Shown here one piece after another: positions 55,353 to 64,000 of a DNA stretch of 64,000 nt. Each line of letters starts with the position of its first letter. The first letter of the stretch is position 1. Source of the DNA: an uncultured Acidobacteriota bacterium (GTDB taxonomy: Bacteria; Acidobacteriota; Terriglobia; UBA7540). The DNA lies in contig CAWDSK010000001.1 in NCBI GenBank assembly GCA_963804995.1, forward strand, positions 416,001 through 480,000, given 5' to 3'. Below the pieces are notes generated by a model, which saw only the letters and a list, made by a program, of their open reading frames with translations, was not told the origin of the DNA and did no database searches. The translations under genes were made by a program, and so were the position numbers.

Positions 55353-57440
55353 ATGCCGAGAATCAGAGGTCAGCGGCTCATGAAGTACGTGGACCAAGGT
55401 GTATGCTCGACCGCCACCGTCCTATACGATACCATTCAGTTCTTCAATAAATACCGCCCCGGTCCGACCTTCATTCCCAGGTGGTCTGACAAGCCACTGC
55501 TGAAATCCTGGCAGAAGACCAAGCCGCAGCTGGGCTGGCCCCGCCAGACCGACTCGCTGTGCCCGGAGTGTGTGAAGGAGGCGCGCGAGCGGATTCTGAA
55601 CGGAGACCAGAACTGGCAAACTCTGCTCTCTGAAAAGGTGGGCGAGATCAAGGCCAACATTGTTGAGCGTGACGGCCAGATCTGGATGGTAAAGGATTGC
55701 CCCATCCACGGCCACTTCGAAGACATGATGGCCGTCGATTCCCACTTCCTCGAATGGATTGAGAAGAACTTTCCCGGCCGCGACATTCGCGCCCACAACG
55801 ATGAGGGCCTGCACAATCACGGCTTCAGCTCGATCAAGCACGGCCGCGGCTCCGTGCTGACCGTGGACCTCACCAACCGCTGCAACATGATGTGCGACCC
55901 CTGCTTTATGGACGCCAACCAGGTGGGCTTTGTCCACGAATTGACCTGGGAAGACGTGAAGGAAATTCTCGACAACGCCATCACCATCAAGCCGCGGCGC
56001 CAGATGTCGGTGCAGTTCTCCGGTGGCGAGCCCACCATGTCGCCGTACTTCATCGACGCCATCCGCTACGCGCGCAAGCTGGGTTACAACAGCGTGCAGG
56101 CTGCGACCAATGGCATCGAGTTTGCCAAGAGCAAGGAATTCTGCCGACGCGCTTTTGAAGCGGGCCTGCGTTATGCCTACCTGCAATTTGACGGGATCGG
56201 CAACGACGCCAACAACCACCGCCAGGTGGGCAACCTGTTCGACGTCAAGTTGCGCGCCATTGAGAACATGCACGAGGCCGGCATTGAGATCATCCTGGTA
56301 GTAACCATTGTCAACAATGTAAACAATGACCAGGTCGGTCCCATCGTCAACTTCGCCCGCAACAACCCCAAGAAAGTTGCCTTTGTAGCCTTCCAACCGG
56401 TTTCGTTCACCGGCCGGGATGAGGACATCACTCCGCAGCGCCGGCTGCGTCAGCGCTATACCCTGGCGCATCTTGCCAGCGACGTGAAGAAGCAGACCGG
56501 CATCACTGAGCCCACGCGCGATTGGTTCCCCATTTCGCTGATGGGCGCTTTCGCGGATTTTGCCGACCTGGTGCACGGGCCGGAGGCGCAGTGGGGCCAG
56601 GTAAGCTGCGGCTGCCATCCGAACTGCGGCGTGGGCACCGCCCTGATGATCAACAAGGAAACCAAGGAATGGGCGCCCGTCCCGCAATTTCTTGACATCC
56701 CCCAGCTCGTGAAGGATATGCAGGGCATCACGGACGCGGCGCGGGGCAAGACGTTTTCAAACCTCATGATGGGTCTGGCCCTGCTCAAGAACTACAAGCC
56801 GATGCGGGCTCCCAAGAGCCTGGCGCTGATCGACCTCCTGAAGAAATTCGACAAATCCTTCGCGCTCACCGGCGAGGCGCGCGCCCGCAAGAAGTATGGC
56901 GCCTCGGACCCCAACCGCACGCTGGAAGACGCCATGAAGCGCCGTTCCGATCCCTGGAACTTCCTCTTCATCGCCGGCATGTGGTTCCAGGACCTTTTCA
57001 ACTATGACTTCCGCCGCACCGAGATGTGCATCATTCCTTACGCCACGCAGCAGGGTGAAATCTCCTTCTGCGCTTACAACACCGGCATCGGCTGGCGGAA
57101 GATTCTGGAAAATATGTACAAGAACGCGTCGGTCGCCGAGTGGTACAAGACCCACGGCAAGCACGAAATCTACGCGAAAGGCAAGGAAGTGAAGCTGGAT
57201 ACGACCCAGCATTCCCTTTACGTGAATGCCGAGGACGCGGCGCGCGTTCGCAGCCTTGACCACGATGTTCCTCATACCGCGGCGGAAGAAGATAAAGCCC
57301 GCCGCAAGGCCGCGTGGGAAGCCCAACAGGCCGCGCAAGCCCGGCAGGTCTATGAGGAAATGGTTCTCAAGAAGCCCAAAGCGGAGCTGGTGCAGATCGG
57401 CGCCACAGCCAAACCCGAGGAAGAAAAAATTACTGTCTAG
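55353..57440 (+). CDS. Radical SAM protein, tetraether lipid synthase (Tes)-like
   Basis: TDSLCPEC and KDCPIHG N-terminal metal site, DLTNRCNMMCDPCF, FSGGEPT, YLQFDG, CHPNCG, GMWFQD.FNYD..R...C.I, FCAYN. Confidence 0.85.
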   Translation: MPRIRGQRLMKYVDQGVCSTATVLYDTIQFFNKYRPGPTFIPRWSDKPLLKSWQKTKPQLGWPRQTDSLCPECVKEARERILNGDQNWQTLLSEKVGEIKANIVERDGQIWMVKDCPIHGHFEDMMAVDSHFLEWIEKNFPGRDIRAHNDEGLHNHGFSSIKHGRGSVLTVDLTNRCNMMCDPCFMDANQVGFVHELTWEDVKEILDNAITIKPRRQMSVQFSGGEPTMSPYFIDAIRYARKLGYNSVQAATNGIEFAKSKEFCRRAFEAGLRYAYLQFDGIGNDANNHRQVGNLFDVKLRAIENMHEAGIEIILVVTIVNNVNNDQVGPIVNFARNNPKKVAFVAFQPVSFTGRDEDITPQRRLRQRYTLAHLASDVKKQTGITEPTRDWFPISLMGAFADFADLVHGPEAQWGQVSCGCHPNCGVGTALMINKETKEWAPVPQFLDIPQLVKDMQGITDAARGKTFSNLMMGLALLKNYKPMRAPKSLALIDLLKKFDKSFALTGEARARKKYGASDPNRTLEDAMKRRSDPWNFLFIAGMWFQDLFNYDFRRTEMCIIPYATQQGEISFCAYNTGIGWRKILENMYKNASVAEWYKTHGKHEIYAKGKEVKLDTTQHSLYVNAEDAARVRSLDHDVPHTAAEEDKARRKAAWEAQQAAQARQVYEEMVLKKPKAELVQIGATAKPEEEKITV

Positions 57441-57504
57441 TGTAGTGTTCAGGAAATGGCTGGACAACTGGGTTGGCCGTAGCGCCGGCATCCTGCCGGC
57501 AAAT

Positions 57505-57530
57505 GCCGCCAAGGCGGCCCTTTTTGTTTT
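57505..57530 (+). terminator. Possible intrinsic terminator
   Basis: gccgc-caag-gcggc followed by tttttgtttt. Confidence 0.45.
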
Positions 57531-57718
57531 GCGTCAGAATGAATCAGGTAGCCACGGCAGGAGGCCGCAAGCAAAACGAACCTCTCCGCACTACTAAAGG
57601 CCAAAATATTTGCGGCTTGCACAAATTTTCCAGGTCTGTTTGGTTGTAGCTATGCCGCGCTGTATTGCAATACCGTAAAATCTTGTTTTTTTTAGCAAGG
57701 ATATTGTGCTACTTCCCG

Positions 57719-57800
57719 AAAGTGACCCCTCACCCGTCCCGCGCCGGCTGGTGAAAACGCCGGCCGCGGTCCACCCTCTCCCCTGCGGAGAGGGCTATGA
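57719..57800 (-). repeat. REP-like dispersed palindrome, copy 2
   Basis: Reverse-complement homologue of 3900-3978. Confidence 0.8.
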
Positions 57801-58023
57801 TTCTCTTTTGGTTGTGGCTATGCCGCGCTGTGATCTCTGTGGTGAATAGGTTGTTCCGTTTCGGTGACAGGATGCGGGATGCTTAGCGAAAGAACGGATT
57901 CGTCACAGCGGCAATAGGCGCAGAGTTGAAAAGCAAAAGGATTTCTCTCAGCGACTCCGTGCCTCTGTGGTAGCAATGGCGAGCCGGCCAAGTTCTGCGA
58001 TTTAGTCAAGCCGGTAGCCACCG

Positions 58024-58539
58024 TCAATTTGGACTTTGATGCGAAGGGAGCAGGGTTTCGAGGTCTGGCATGCGGCGCCGCACCAGCTCAGTTTGCTCCG
58101 GAGTGAACAGATTGGTTTTCAGCGATTCGGCGAGCTTCTGGGTAGCATCGAGCTTGGCGCGTGGTGAGGCGTCCGGATCAACCAGAATTCTCTTCCAATT
58201 GTCACGGGCGTTTTCCGCCTCGCGGATTTGCGCGGCGGCTTTGCAAGTCAAGACGAACTCTTGTGTGGAAAGCCCGTGACTCTTGATAACTTTCTGGATC
58301 TTGGGTTGCTTCTTCAAACTGGCGATCTCAGACTCCGTGCTGCCCGTGCCAATGTTGATGGGAAGATTCTTGGATCGCAAATCGTTCAGGACGCCCAGCG
58401 TCTTGTTGAGAGCCTCTTCCGTGAGAACATAATTCGAAGTGTCATCAGCAGAAGCGTTGCCTCCCCAGGCCGCAGCCAGTAACACGATTGAGGCAAGGAT
58501 TGACGTAAGAATGAGTGGACGCCTCGCAGGATCACGCAT
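58024..58539 (-). CDS. Hypothetical secreted protein
   Basis: Signal peptide ending ASA; GAGGGG RBS. Confidence 0.7.
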   Translation of the reverse strand: MRDPARRPLILTSILASIVLLAAAWGGNASADDTSNYVLTEEALNKTLGVLNDLRSKNLPINIGTGSTESEIASLKKQPKIQKVIKSHGLSTQEFVLTCKAAAQIREAENARDNWKRILVDPDASPRAKLDATQKLAESLKTNLFTPEQTELVRRRMPDLETLLPSHQSPN

Positions 58540-58632
58540 GGATACCCCTCTCAGCGCTGGGCCGGGATCGAAAGTTTTACCCTCAGCCCTTTCCGGCCAC
58601 CCTCCTACCTAAGCCTTAGCGGTCAACTCCGT

Positions 58633-58980
58633 TTAATCGGAATCATCCACCAGAGGTACCAGCGGTTTCATGCGAAGCTCAGCGCAGATTTCTCGCAGGA
58701 GTTGCTGGCTGGCTGGTTCGGTATCGTGGAATGACAACCCTGCCTGGCCTTGGGGGCTATTCCAAGCGACCACGGCAGGAGTCCGGAATTCCCGGCCTTT
58801 CCATTCCATAGTGAGTTCACACGCTTGGTGAACATGCAGCGAAGCGGCGTAATCCAGCAAGCAGCCGAGCACGCACAGATCTACCACGACCACCGCAAGG
58901 GTAGTGTTTTCCGCAGGCACGCCGAGGCTGGCCTTCAGATGAGCCGAGTAACGAGGAACTTGCCGTCGCTCCTTAATCAT
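58633..58980 (-). CDS. PilZ domain protein
   Basis: ERRQVPRY (RxxxR), DLCVLG (degenerate DxSxxG), AVVAW, GLSF. Confidence 0.8.
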   Translation of the reverse strand: MIKERRQVPRYSAHLKASLGVPAENTTLAVVVVDLCVLGCLLDYAASLHVHQACELTMEWKGREFRTPAVVAWNSPQGQAGLSFHDTEPASQQLLREICAELRMKPLVPLVDDSD

Positions 58981-59244
58981 GCCCGGAGTGTAATTCCTCC
59001 TCTTTGAAATCGCAATGGCGTTGGGAAACTCCAGGCCATCACCCCCCACGAATTTTCCAAGACCACCCCTACCTGTGGTGCCTCCCCGTTATTTGCACAA
59101 CAAGTTGAAAAATTCTCCCATTCGAAGATAATCGTTTGAGGAGCGTCCACATGTTTGAAGTGCCGCCCAAAGTTGCGGGTTAACGCTGGCAAGCCGGCCC
59201 AATGTTAAGGGAATAGAACGGGTATTCCAAAAGGAAGATCAGAG

Positions 59245-60596
59245 ATGACGGCTACACCTCGAATTCGATTTGCTGAACCACCACCGGCGAAGTGCGTGCT
59301 CGGCCTGGGCGTGATTGGCCTGGGCACGGTCGGAACCGGGACCTTGAAGGTTTTGCCTCGAGCATCGCCGCGAAATCCAGCGACGGGTGGGATGCGAACT
59401 GCAACTCAAGGTCATTTGCTCGCGCACGGTGCACAAGCGCGATCTTTCCTGGCTGGGCACATCCGTGAAGCTGACCTCCGACTGGAAGCAGGTGGTCCGC
59501 GACCCGGAAGTCGATATCGTGGTCGAGTTGGTCGGGGTTCTCTCGACGGCCCGTGCCATCGCCTTTGCCGTGCTCAACGCGGGCAAGCACTTGATCACCG
59601 CCAACAAGCAACTGGTAGCCGAACACGGGGTGGAGCTGGTGGAGCGCAGCCGCGCCCATCACGTCGGACTGGGCATCGAGGCTTGTGTGGCCGGTGGCAC
59701 ACCCGTGCTGCACGCTGTCCGCGAGGGACTGGCGGGCGAAAACTTTAATGCCGTGTACGGCATCCTGAACGGCACCACCAACTACATCTTGACGGAGATG
59801 GAGCGCCGGGGTTGTTCGTTCGCGGAAGCGCTTGCCGAGGCTCAGGAGAAAGGCTACGCCGAACCTGATCCCACCTTCGATGTGGAAGGCTTTGATGCGC
59901 GTTACAAGATTGCCATCCTGGCGATGATGTGCTTTGGCCAGGCCGTGCGTGTGCGCGACATTCCCGTGGAAGGCATCACGCGGATCGAGCAGGTGGATTT
60001 TACCTACGCGCGGCGGCTGGATCATACCTTGCGTCTGGTGGCTGGGGCGCGGCGCCGCACGAGCGACCGCCTGGAAATCTTTGTTCGCCCCATGATCATC
60101 CCTGCGGCTTCGCGCCTGGCCAGCGTGCGAGGGGCAACCAACAGCGTGTTGCTGGTGGGCAACAAGGGCGGCAACACCAGCATCACTGGGAGGGGCGCGG
60201 GCGGTGAGCCCACGGGCGTCGCCGTGCTCTCCGACGTGGTTCAGGTGGCGCGCTCCATCGCAGCAGGTGGCTCAGGCTCGAACGCCGTTCGGGTACGAGA
60301 GTTGGCACCCTTCCAGGATTGCGCCGCCGGATGAAAACGTGGTCGCCACCTACCTTCGACTGGTGGTCCGCGACCGGCCCGGCATCCTGGGGCGCGTGTG
60401 CACCATCCTGGGAAAGCACCGCATCAATATCGACTCGGTTATGCAGGAGCCGGGCTGCACCAAGGGCCACTTGCCGTTCGTCATGACGCTTGAGGCCACT
60501 CAGGAGAAGCACGTGGCGCGCGCCGTCCGGGAGATTTCCCGCCTGTCCTTCCTGGCACAACCTCCGTTCCTCCTCCCCTTTGCCGAGTTGCCGTGA
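59245..60596 (+). pseudogene. hom: Homoserine dehydrogenase with ACT domain; two frameshifts (real or sequencing errors)
   Basis: GLGTVG, ITANK, GILNGTTNYIL, GYAEPDP..DVEG.D, GRGAG..PT, DRPGIL ACT; frame changes at about 59356 and 60270. Confidence 0.9.
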
Positions 60597-60701
60597 CTAT
60601 ACAGGGCGCCATAAATTGTAGCGGCGGTCTATGACCGCCGGTCGGCGCTCATAGAGCGCCGCTACAGCCGAATGCGCAAACACTTATGGCGCTGTGTATA
60701 G
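60597..60701. repeat. Nested palindromic REP/REPIN-like element
   Basis: Outer ctatacagggcgccataa / ttatggcgctgtgtatag; inner tgtagcggcg...cgccgctaca containing two hairpins. Confidence 0.85.
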
Positions 60702-60816
60702 CTTCGCACCAGAACATCGCTTCCGCCACCGCGCTTGACTTCGCATCCGAACGCCTCTAGAGTTGCTCCGAATTTGTCACACCCTGCAATTTCGGTGTCA
60801 GGAGGTAAGTGCGCCT

Positions 60817-61116
60817 ATGATTCCAGTCTTTCACGCCGTACTTGCTGCCATTTTGGGTTCGGGAGGGAGCGCCGCGCCGGCGCATCAATCACGAATCCCC
60901 GTCATAACCTACGGTGCCAATGCCCTTGTGCAGGCGAGCGGCGCCGTGAAGGAATCATCCAACAAGAACCTTAAGGTCACCCACAAGGAAGATTTGAAGA
61001 CGAACAGCAAGGTAATCAAAAACACTGACAAGACCATCAAGAACGAGGGCAAGTTTAATAAAACAGTGAAGGAAGACAAGGTCACTCCTGCGTATAAGGA
61101 AAGCACCATTAAGTAA
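60817..61116 (+). CDS. Small protein with hydrophobic leader and Lys-periodic C-terminal half (candidate precursor peptide)
   Basis: GGAGGT RBS; 99 aa; 15 Lys in the last 56 aa, mostly spaced 3-4 apart. Confidence 0.75.
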   Translation: MIPVFHAVLAAILGSGGSAAPAHQSRIPVITYGANALVQASGAVKESSNKNLKVTHKEDLKTNSKVIKNTDKTIKNEGKFNKTVKEDKVTPAYKESTIK

Positions 61117-61167
61117 GACCTCGGCGGCCATTCGGGGTCTCCCGGATGGCCGCCCCCTCTTCCTGAG

Positions 61168-62268
61168 ATGATCATGGATGTACCTTCCTCACTTCCCCCT
61201 CTTTACGCACATTGGATGAACGACCTCCTGCCCGGGCCTCTGCCCGCGGAAACCAAAGCTACCTGTCAGACTTGCCCCATGCTGGGACGCGAGGAGCGTC
61301 CGGGACCGGGTGTGGTCTTCTTCCATAACAAGATCAAGTGCTGTGCTTACCTCCCGCGGCTTTACAACTTTCTGGTGGGCCGCATTCTGGCGGATGAGGA
61401 TCCCGCTGCCGCGGCGGGCCGCGCCACAGTGGAAGCGCGCCTTAAGGCCGGTGTCGCCGTGACGCCGCTCGGACTTGAGCAGACTCGCACCTTCGTGCTT
61501 CTCTATGAGAACAGCTCCGCCGCGTTCGGCCGCAACCGGGCGTTGAAGTGCCCGCATTACCTGGAGGAGACGGGCGGCTGCGGTGTCTGGCGGCACCGCG
61601 AATCCACCTGCGCCACCTGGTTCTGCAAGCATGAGCGCGGTGCGGCCAGCCAGGCTCTCTGGCGAGAGTTCGTGCACCGGCTGCTCGGTAACGTGGAGCA
61701 CGAGCTCGCCCGCTGGTGCCTGCTCAAGCTGGACGTGGAGGATGAGGTTCTGCGTTCGCTTCTCGCGCCCTCCCTGGGAAGCGGCGGGGGGCCGATTCAC
61801 GGCGAGGAACTCAACGGCAAGATTGATTCCGCTGAGTATCAAAAGAACTGGGGTAAGTGGCGGGGGCGTGAAGGTGAGTTCTACCGCGCCTGTGGCCGGT
61901 TGGTTTCCGCTCTCGAGTGGCAGGAAGTTCTGGACATTTGCGGGCCGGAGACGAAGCTTCTTGCCGCTCTAACTCGCCAGGCATACCAACGATTCATTTC
62001 CGAAGAAAAACCACCGCGCTTGCAGGCGGGTTCGCTACAACTGGTTCGCATCGGGCATGAGACCACGCGGCTCTCCACCTACAGCGAGTTCGATCCGCTC
62101 AACATTCCCAATCCCGTGCTGAAAGTGCTGCATTACTTTGATGGGCGCCCCACGGCTGATGTCGTCGCAGAAATTACCACCAAAGAAAACATCGGCCTGG
62201 AACCCGCCCTGATCCGCAAGCTGTCGGACTTTCGTATCCTTGTTCCCCCGCCGGATGACGCGAAGTGA
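61168..62268 (+). CDS. YkgJ/FliB-like cysteine-cluster protein with C-terminal PqqD/RRE-like domain
   Basis: CQTC..KCC, CPHY..GGCGVWRHRESTCATWFC; tail VLHYFDGRPTADV..LIRKL.DFRILV. Confidence 0.65.
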   Translation: MIMDVPSSLPPLYAHWMNDLLPGPLPAETKATCQTCPMLGREERPGPGVVFFHNKIKCCAYLPRLYNFLVGRILADEDPAAAAGRATVEARLKAGVAVTPLGLEQTRTFVLLYENSSAAFGRNRALKCPHYLEETGGCGVWRHRESTCATWFCKHERGAASQALWREFVHRLLGNVEHELARWCLLKLDVEDEVLRSLLAPSLGSGGGPIHGEELNGKIDSAEYQKNWGKWRGREGEFYRACGRLVSALEWQEVLDICGPETKLLAALTRQAYQRFISEEKPPRLQAGSLQLVRIGHETTRLSTYSEFDPLNIPNPVLKVLHYFDGRPTADVVAEITTKENIGLEPALIRKLSDFRILVPPPDDAK

Positions 62269-62269
62269 A

Positions 62270-62445
62270 TCAGAGCATATGACGCATGTGCAGGAAGAGG
62301 GCGACGCCACCCACGATAAGCCCCACACCGATGATGACCATCAGGACCGCCTTTAGGCGCAGGCTACTCTCGATCTGTTTTTCGGTCTTGGTGGTGATCA
62401 GGTAGGTCTTCTCATTCTCGCCCTTCTTGATGAGGTTGTATTCCT
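62270..62445 (-). pseudogene. C-terminal membrane-anchor fragment, GIDE-domain-protein-like
   Basis: IKKGENEKTYLITTKTEKQI followed by a TM; no credible start. Confidence 0.45.
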
Positions 62446-62459
62446 CGCGCCCCTGTGGC

Positions 62460-64000
62460 CTACTTCCTTCCCAGCAAGCGAATGCGTCCGGTGATGGCGC
62501 GGCCCTGGACACCCGTGAAGGTGAGGAAATTTGGCGAGTCGACGTTGGAATTCACGAAGGAAGCATTGGCGCGGTTGGTGATGTCGTCCATGCCACCACG
62601 CAGCGCCCACTGAAGTCCCAAAATGGTGAAGCGCCGTTCCAGGCTAAGGTCGAGCGAGAAATAAGGGGGGAAGCGCCGCGAGCCCGGAGCCCCCACCACC
62701 TGTTGGGAATCATTCTGTAAAGTGAAGGGAAAACCGTCGTGCCAGTCAAGTGTATAAGCCAGGTCGACTTTGTGGGTAAGTGGGAGCCACGCCCAGGAAA
62801 GGAAGCGATCAGGCGTGTCCCAGGCCAGCGGCCCGCCGGCCTGGGGGCTGAAGAGCACGGTGTCGATGTTGTAGCCGAAGACAGCATCGGAATGCGCGCG
62901 CGAGCGCGTGTAGGAGGCGAACACCACGTGATTCGGCTTAAAGACGTGCCGGAGGGTCAGTTCCGCGGCGTCGTAACGATCGTGGCGGTCGTTGGTCAGG
63001 ATGAAATCTCCCGTGAACGGCCCCGTGGGTGAAGTGGAAGCGCCGGGGTTGATAAAGGTCCAGATATCGCGTCCGCGCTTTTCCAGAAATTGCAGGTGCA
63101 AATAGGTGGACTGCGGCAGCTTCTGGTCGATCGCCACGCTCCAGTTCGTCACGTGCGGAAATCGCAGCGCGCGCTCGTTGATCGTAAAGGTGCTGACCAC
63201 CGGCGGCTGGATCAGGTTAAGACCCGTCGCGTCATAAAAGGAATCCGTGCGCGTGCCGGTAAGTGAACGCGTGAGGATGTCAAGATTACTCGGGTCGCGA
63301 TAGATACCGACTCCCCAGGAGATTTTAGTGTTGCCATTGCGCTTCACCAGGTACGTGGACGCGAGGCGCGGCGAAGGGGCCAAGCCATGGATCACATCGT
63401 CCCAATCCAGGCGCAGGCCGGGTTCCAGCAGCCAGCGGCCGGTCACCGACCAGCGGTCCTGCGCGTAGGCGCTCGCTTCCACCAGGTCGCGGGTAAAAGG
63501 CGCGGCGTTGGTGAAATCGACGCGGCGTGAAAGCGTGCCGTCGTTGCGCTCCACCAGGTAAGGTCGCCGGTTGAATTCCTGGTGGTCATTGACCCGGTCG
63601 GTATCAAGGCCCACCTTGACCTCGTGCTTGCCAGCCCATTTGAAGGGGGGCAGAAACAGGTTGCCGATCTCCTCGATACGCTCGGCGTAGCCGTGGTTAG
63701 CCTCGTAGTAGTTGCCGCTGGTTCCGTTCGGAGTGATGAGGTAGGTCTGAGGACCCAAGGGGGAGGAATCGTTGTTGAAGCGGCTGGCCGCAAAACCCAG
63801 TTCCCCGAGCGCCCCGTTGTGAAAAAGGTGCTGGTCCCTGACTGTAAACATGAAACTGTCCGTGGTCACGTTCTGGGTGGTGGAGACGGGGTCGAGCGGG
63901 TCCAAGCCGGTATGGGGGGAGCGAAAGAAGTTCGCGAGAAAACTGGTCGTCAAGTTGTTGCGCGGCTCGAGGTTAATCTGCACTTTGGAAAGGTTGCTGA
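62460..64000 (-). CDS. TonB-dependent receptor (start lies beyond the window)
   Basis: YAQDRW, GLRLDWD, SPRL, SYTRS, terminal beta-strand GRIRLLGRK. Confidence 0.85.
   Translation of the reverse strand, partial: SNLSKVQINLEPRNNLTTSFLANFFRSPHTGLDPLDPVSTTQNVTTDSFMFTVRDQHLFHNGALGELGFAASRFNNDSSPLGPQTYLITPNGTSGNYYEANHGYAERIEEIGNLFLPPFKWAGKHEVKVGLDTDRVNDHQEFNRRPYLVERNDGTLSRRVDFTNAAPFTRDLVEASAYAQDRWSVTGRWLLEPGLRLDWDDVIHGLAPSPRLASTYLVKRNGNTKISWGVGIYRDPSNLDILTRSLTGTRTDSFYDATGLNLIQPPVVSTFTINERALRFPHVTNWSVAIDQKLPQSTYLHLQFLEKRGRDIWTFINPGASTSPTGPFTGDFILTNDRHDRYDAAELTLRHVFKPNHVVFASYTRSRAHSDAVFGYNIDTVLFSPQAGGPLAWDTPDRFLSWAWLPLTHKVDLAYTLDWHDGFPFTLQNDSQQVVGAPGSRRFPPYFSLDLSLERRFTILGLQWALRGGMDDITNRANASFVNSNVDSPNFLTFTGVQGRAITGRIRLLGRK

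Noticed and set aside
55422..56687. Long antisense ORFs (also 51645-52697, 8220-9377, 52938-54122, 5087-6013)
   Set aside because: Shadow ORFs of real high-GC genes, with no recognisable motifs

Overview
64 kb of a GC-rich bacterial chromosome, most likely Acidobacteriota (inferred from the large TonB-dependent receptors, paired MacB-like permeases, a Tes homologue and dense heptamer/REP repeats). Housekeeping blocks are thrS-infC-rpmI-rplT-pheS-pheT-zapB-like-zapA-(6S RNA)-ymdB, folD-coaE, argF and hom. Two accessory regions lie between them. (i) About 12.9-25.1 kb is a decayed DNA-phosphorothioation (dndA/dndC) locus holding toxin-antitoxin genes, a YhcG nuclease, an SBD-HNH nuclease and an intact-looking, lower-GC five-gene module. 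That module is a Pycsar-like system split across a divergent promoter: a tandem-domain class III nucleotide cyclase plus an E2-like/SEC-C protein on +, and an HTH-ImmA/IrrE peptidase, a PIN nuclease and a PycTM-like membrane effector on -. (ii) About 28.9-35.3 kb is a TA/defence island bracketed by inverted repeats. Also present are an IS1634 splitting a TonB-dependent receptor, an inactivated ISKra4-type element, a group II intron 5' remnant, a tetraether-synthase-like radical SAM gene, and a candidate peptide-modification pair (Lys-periodic peptide plus a YkgJ/FliB-like Cys-cluster protein with an RRE-like tail). All family calls come from motif recognition by eye; no searches were run.
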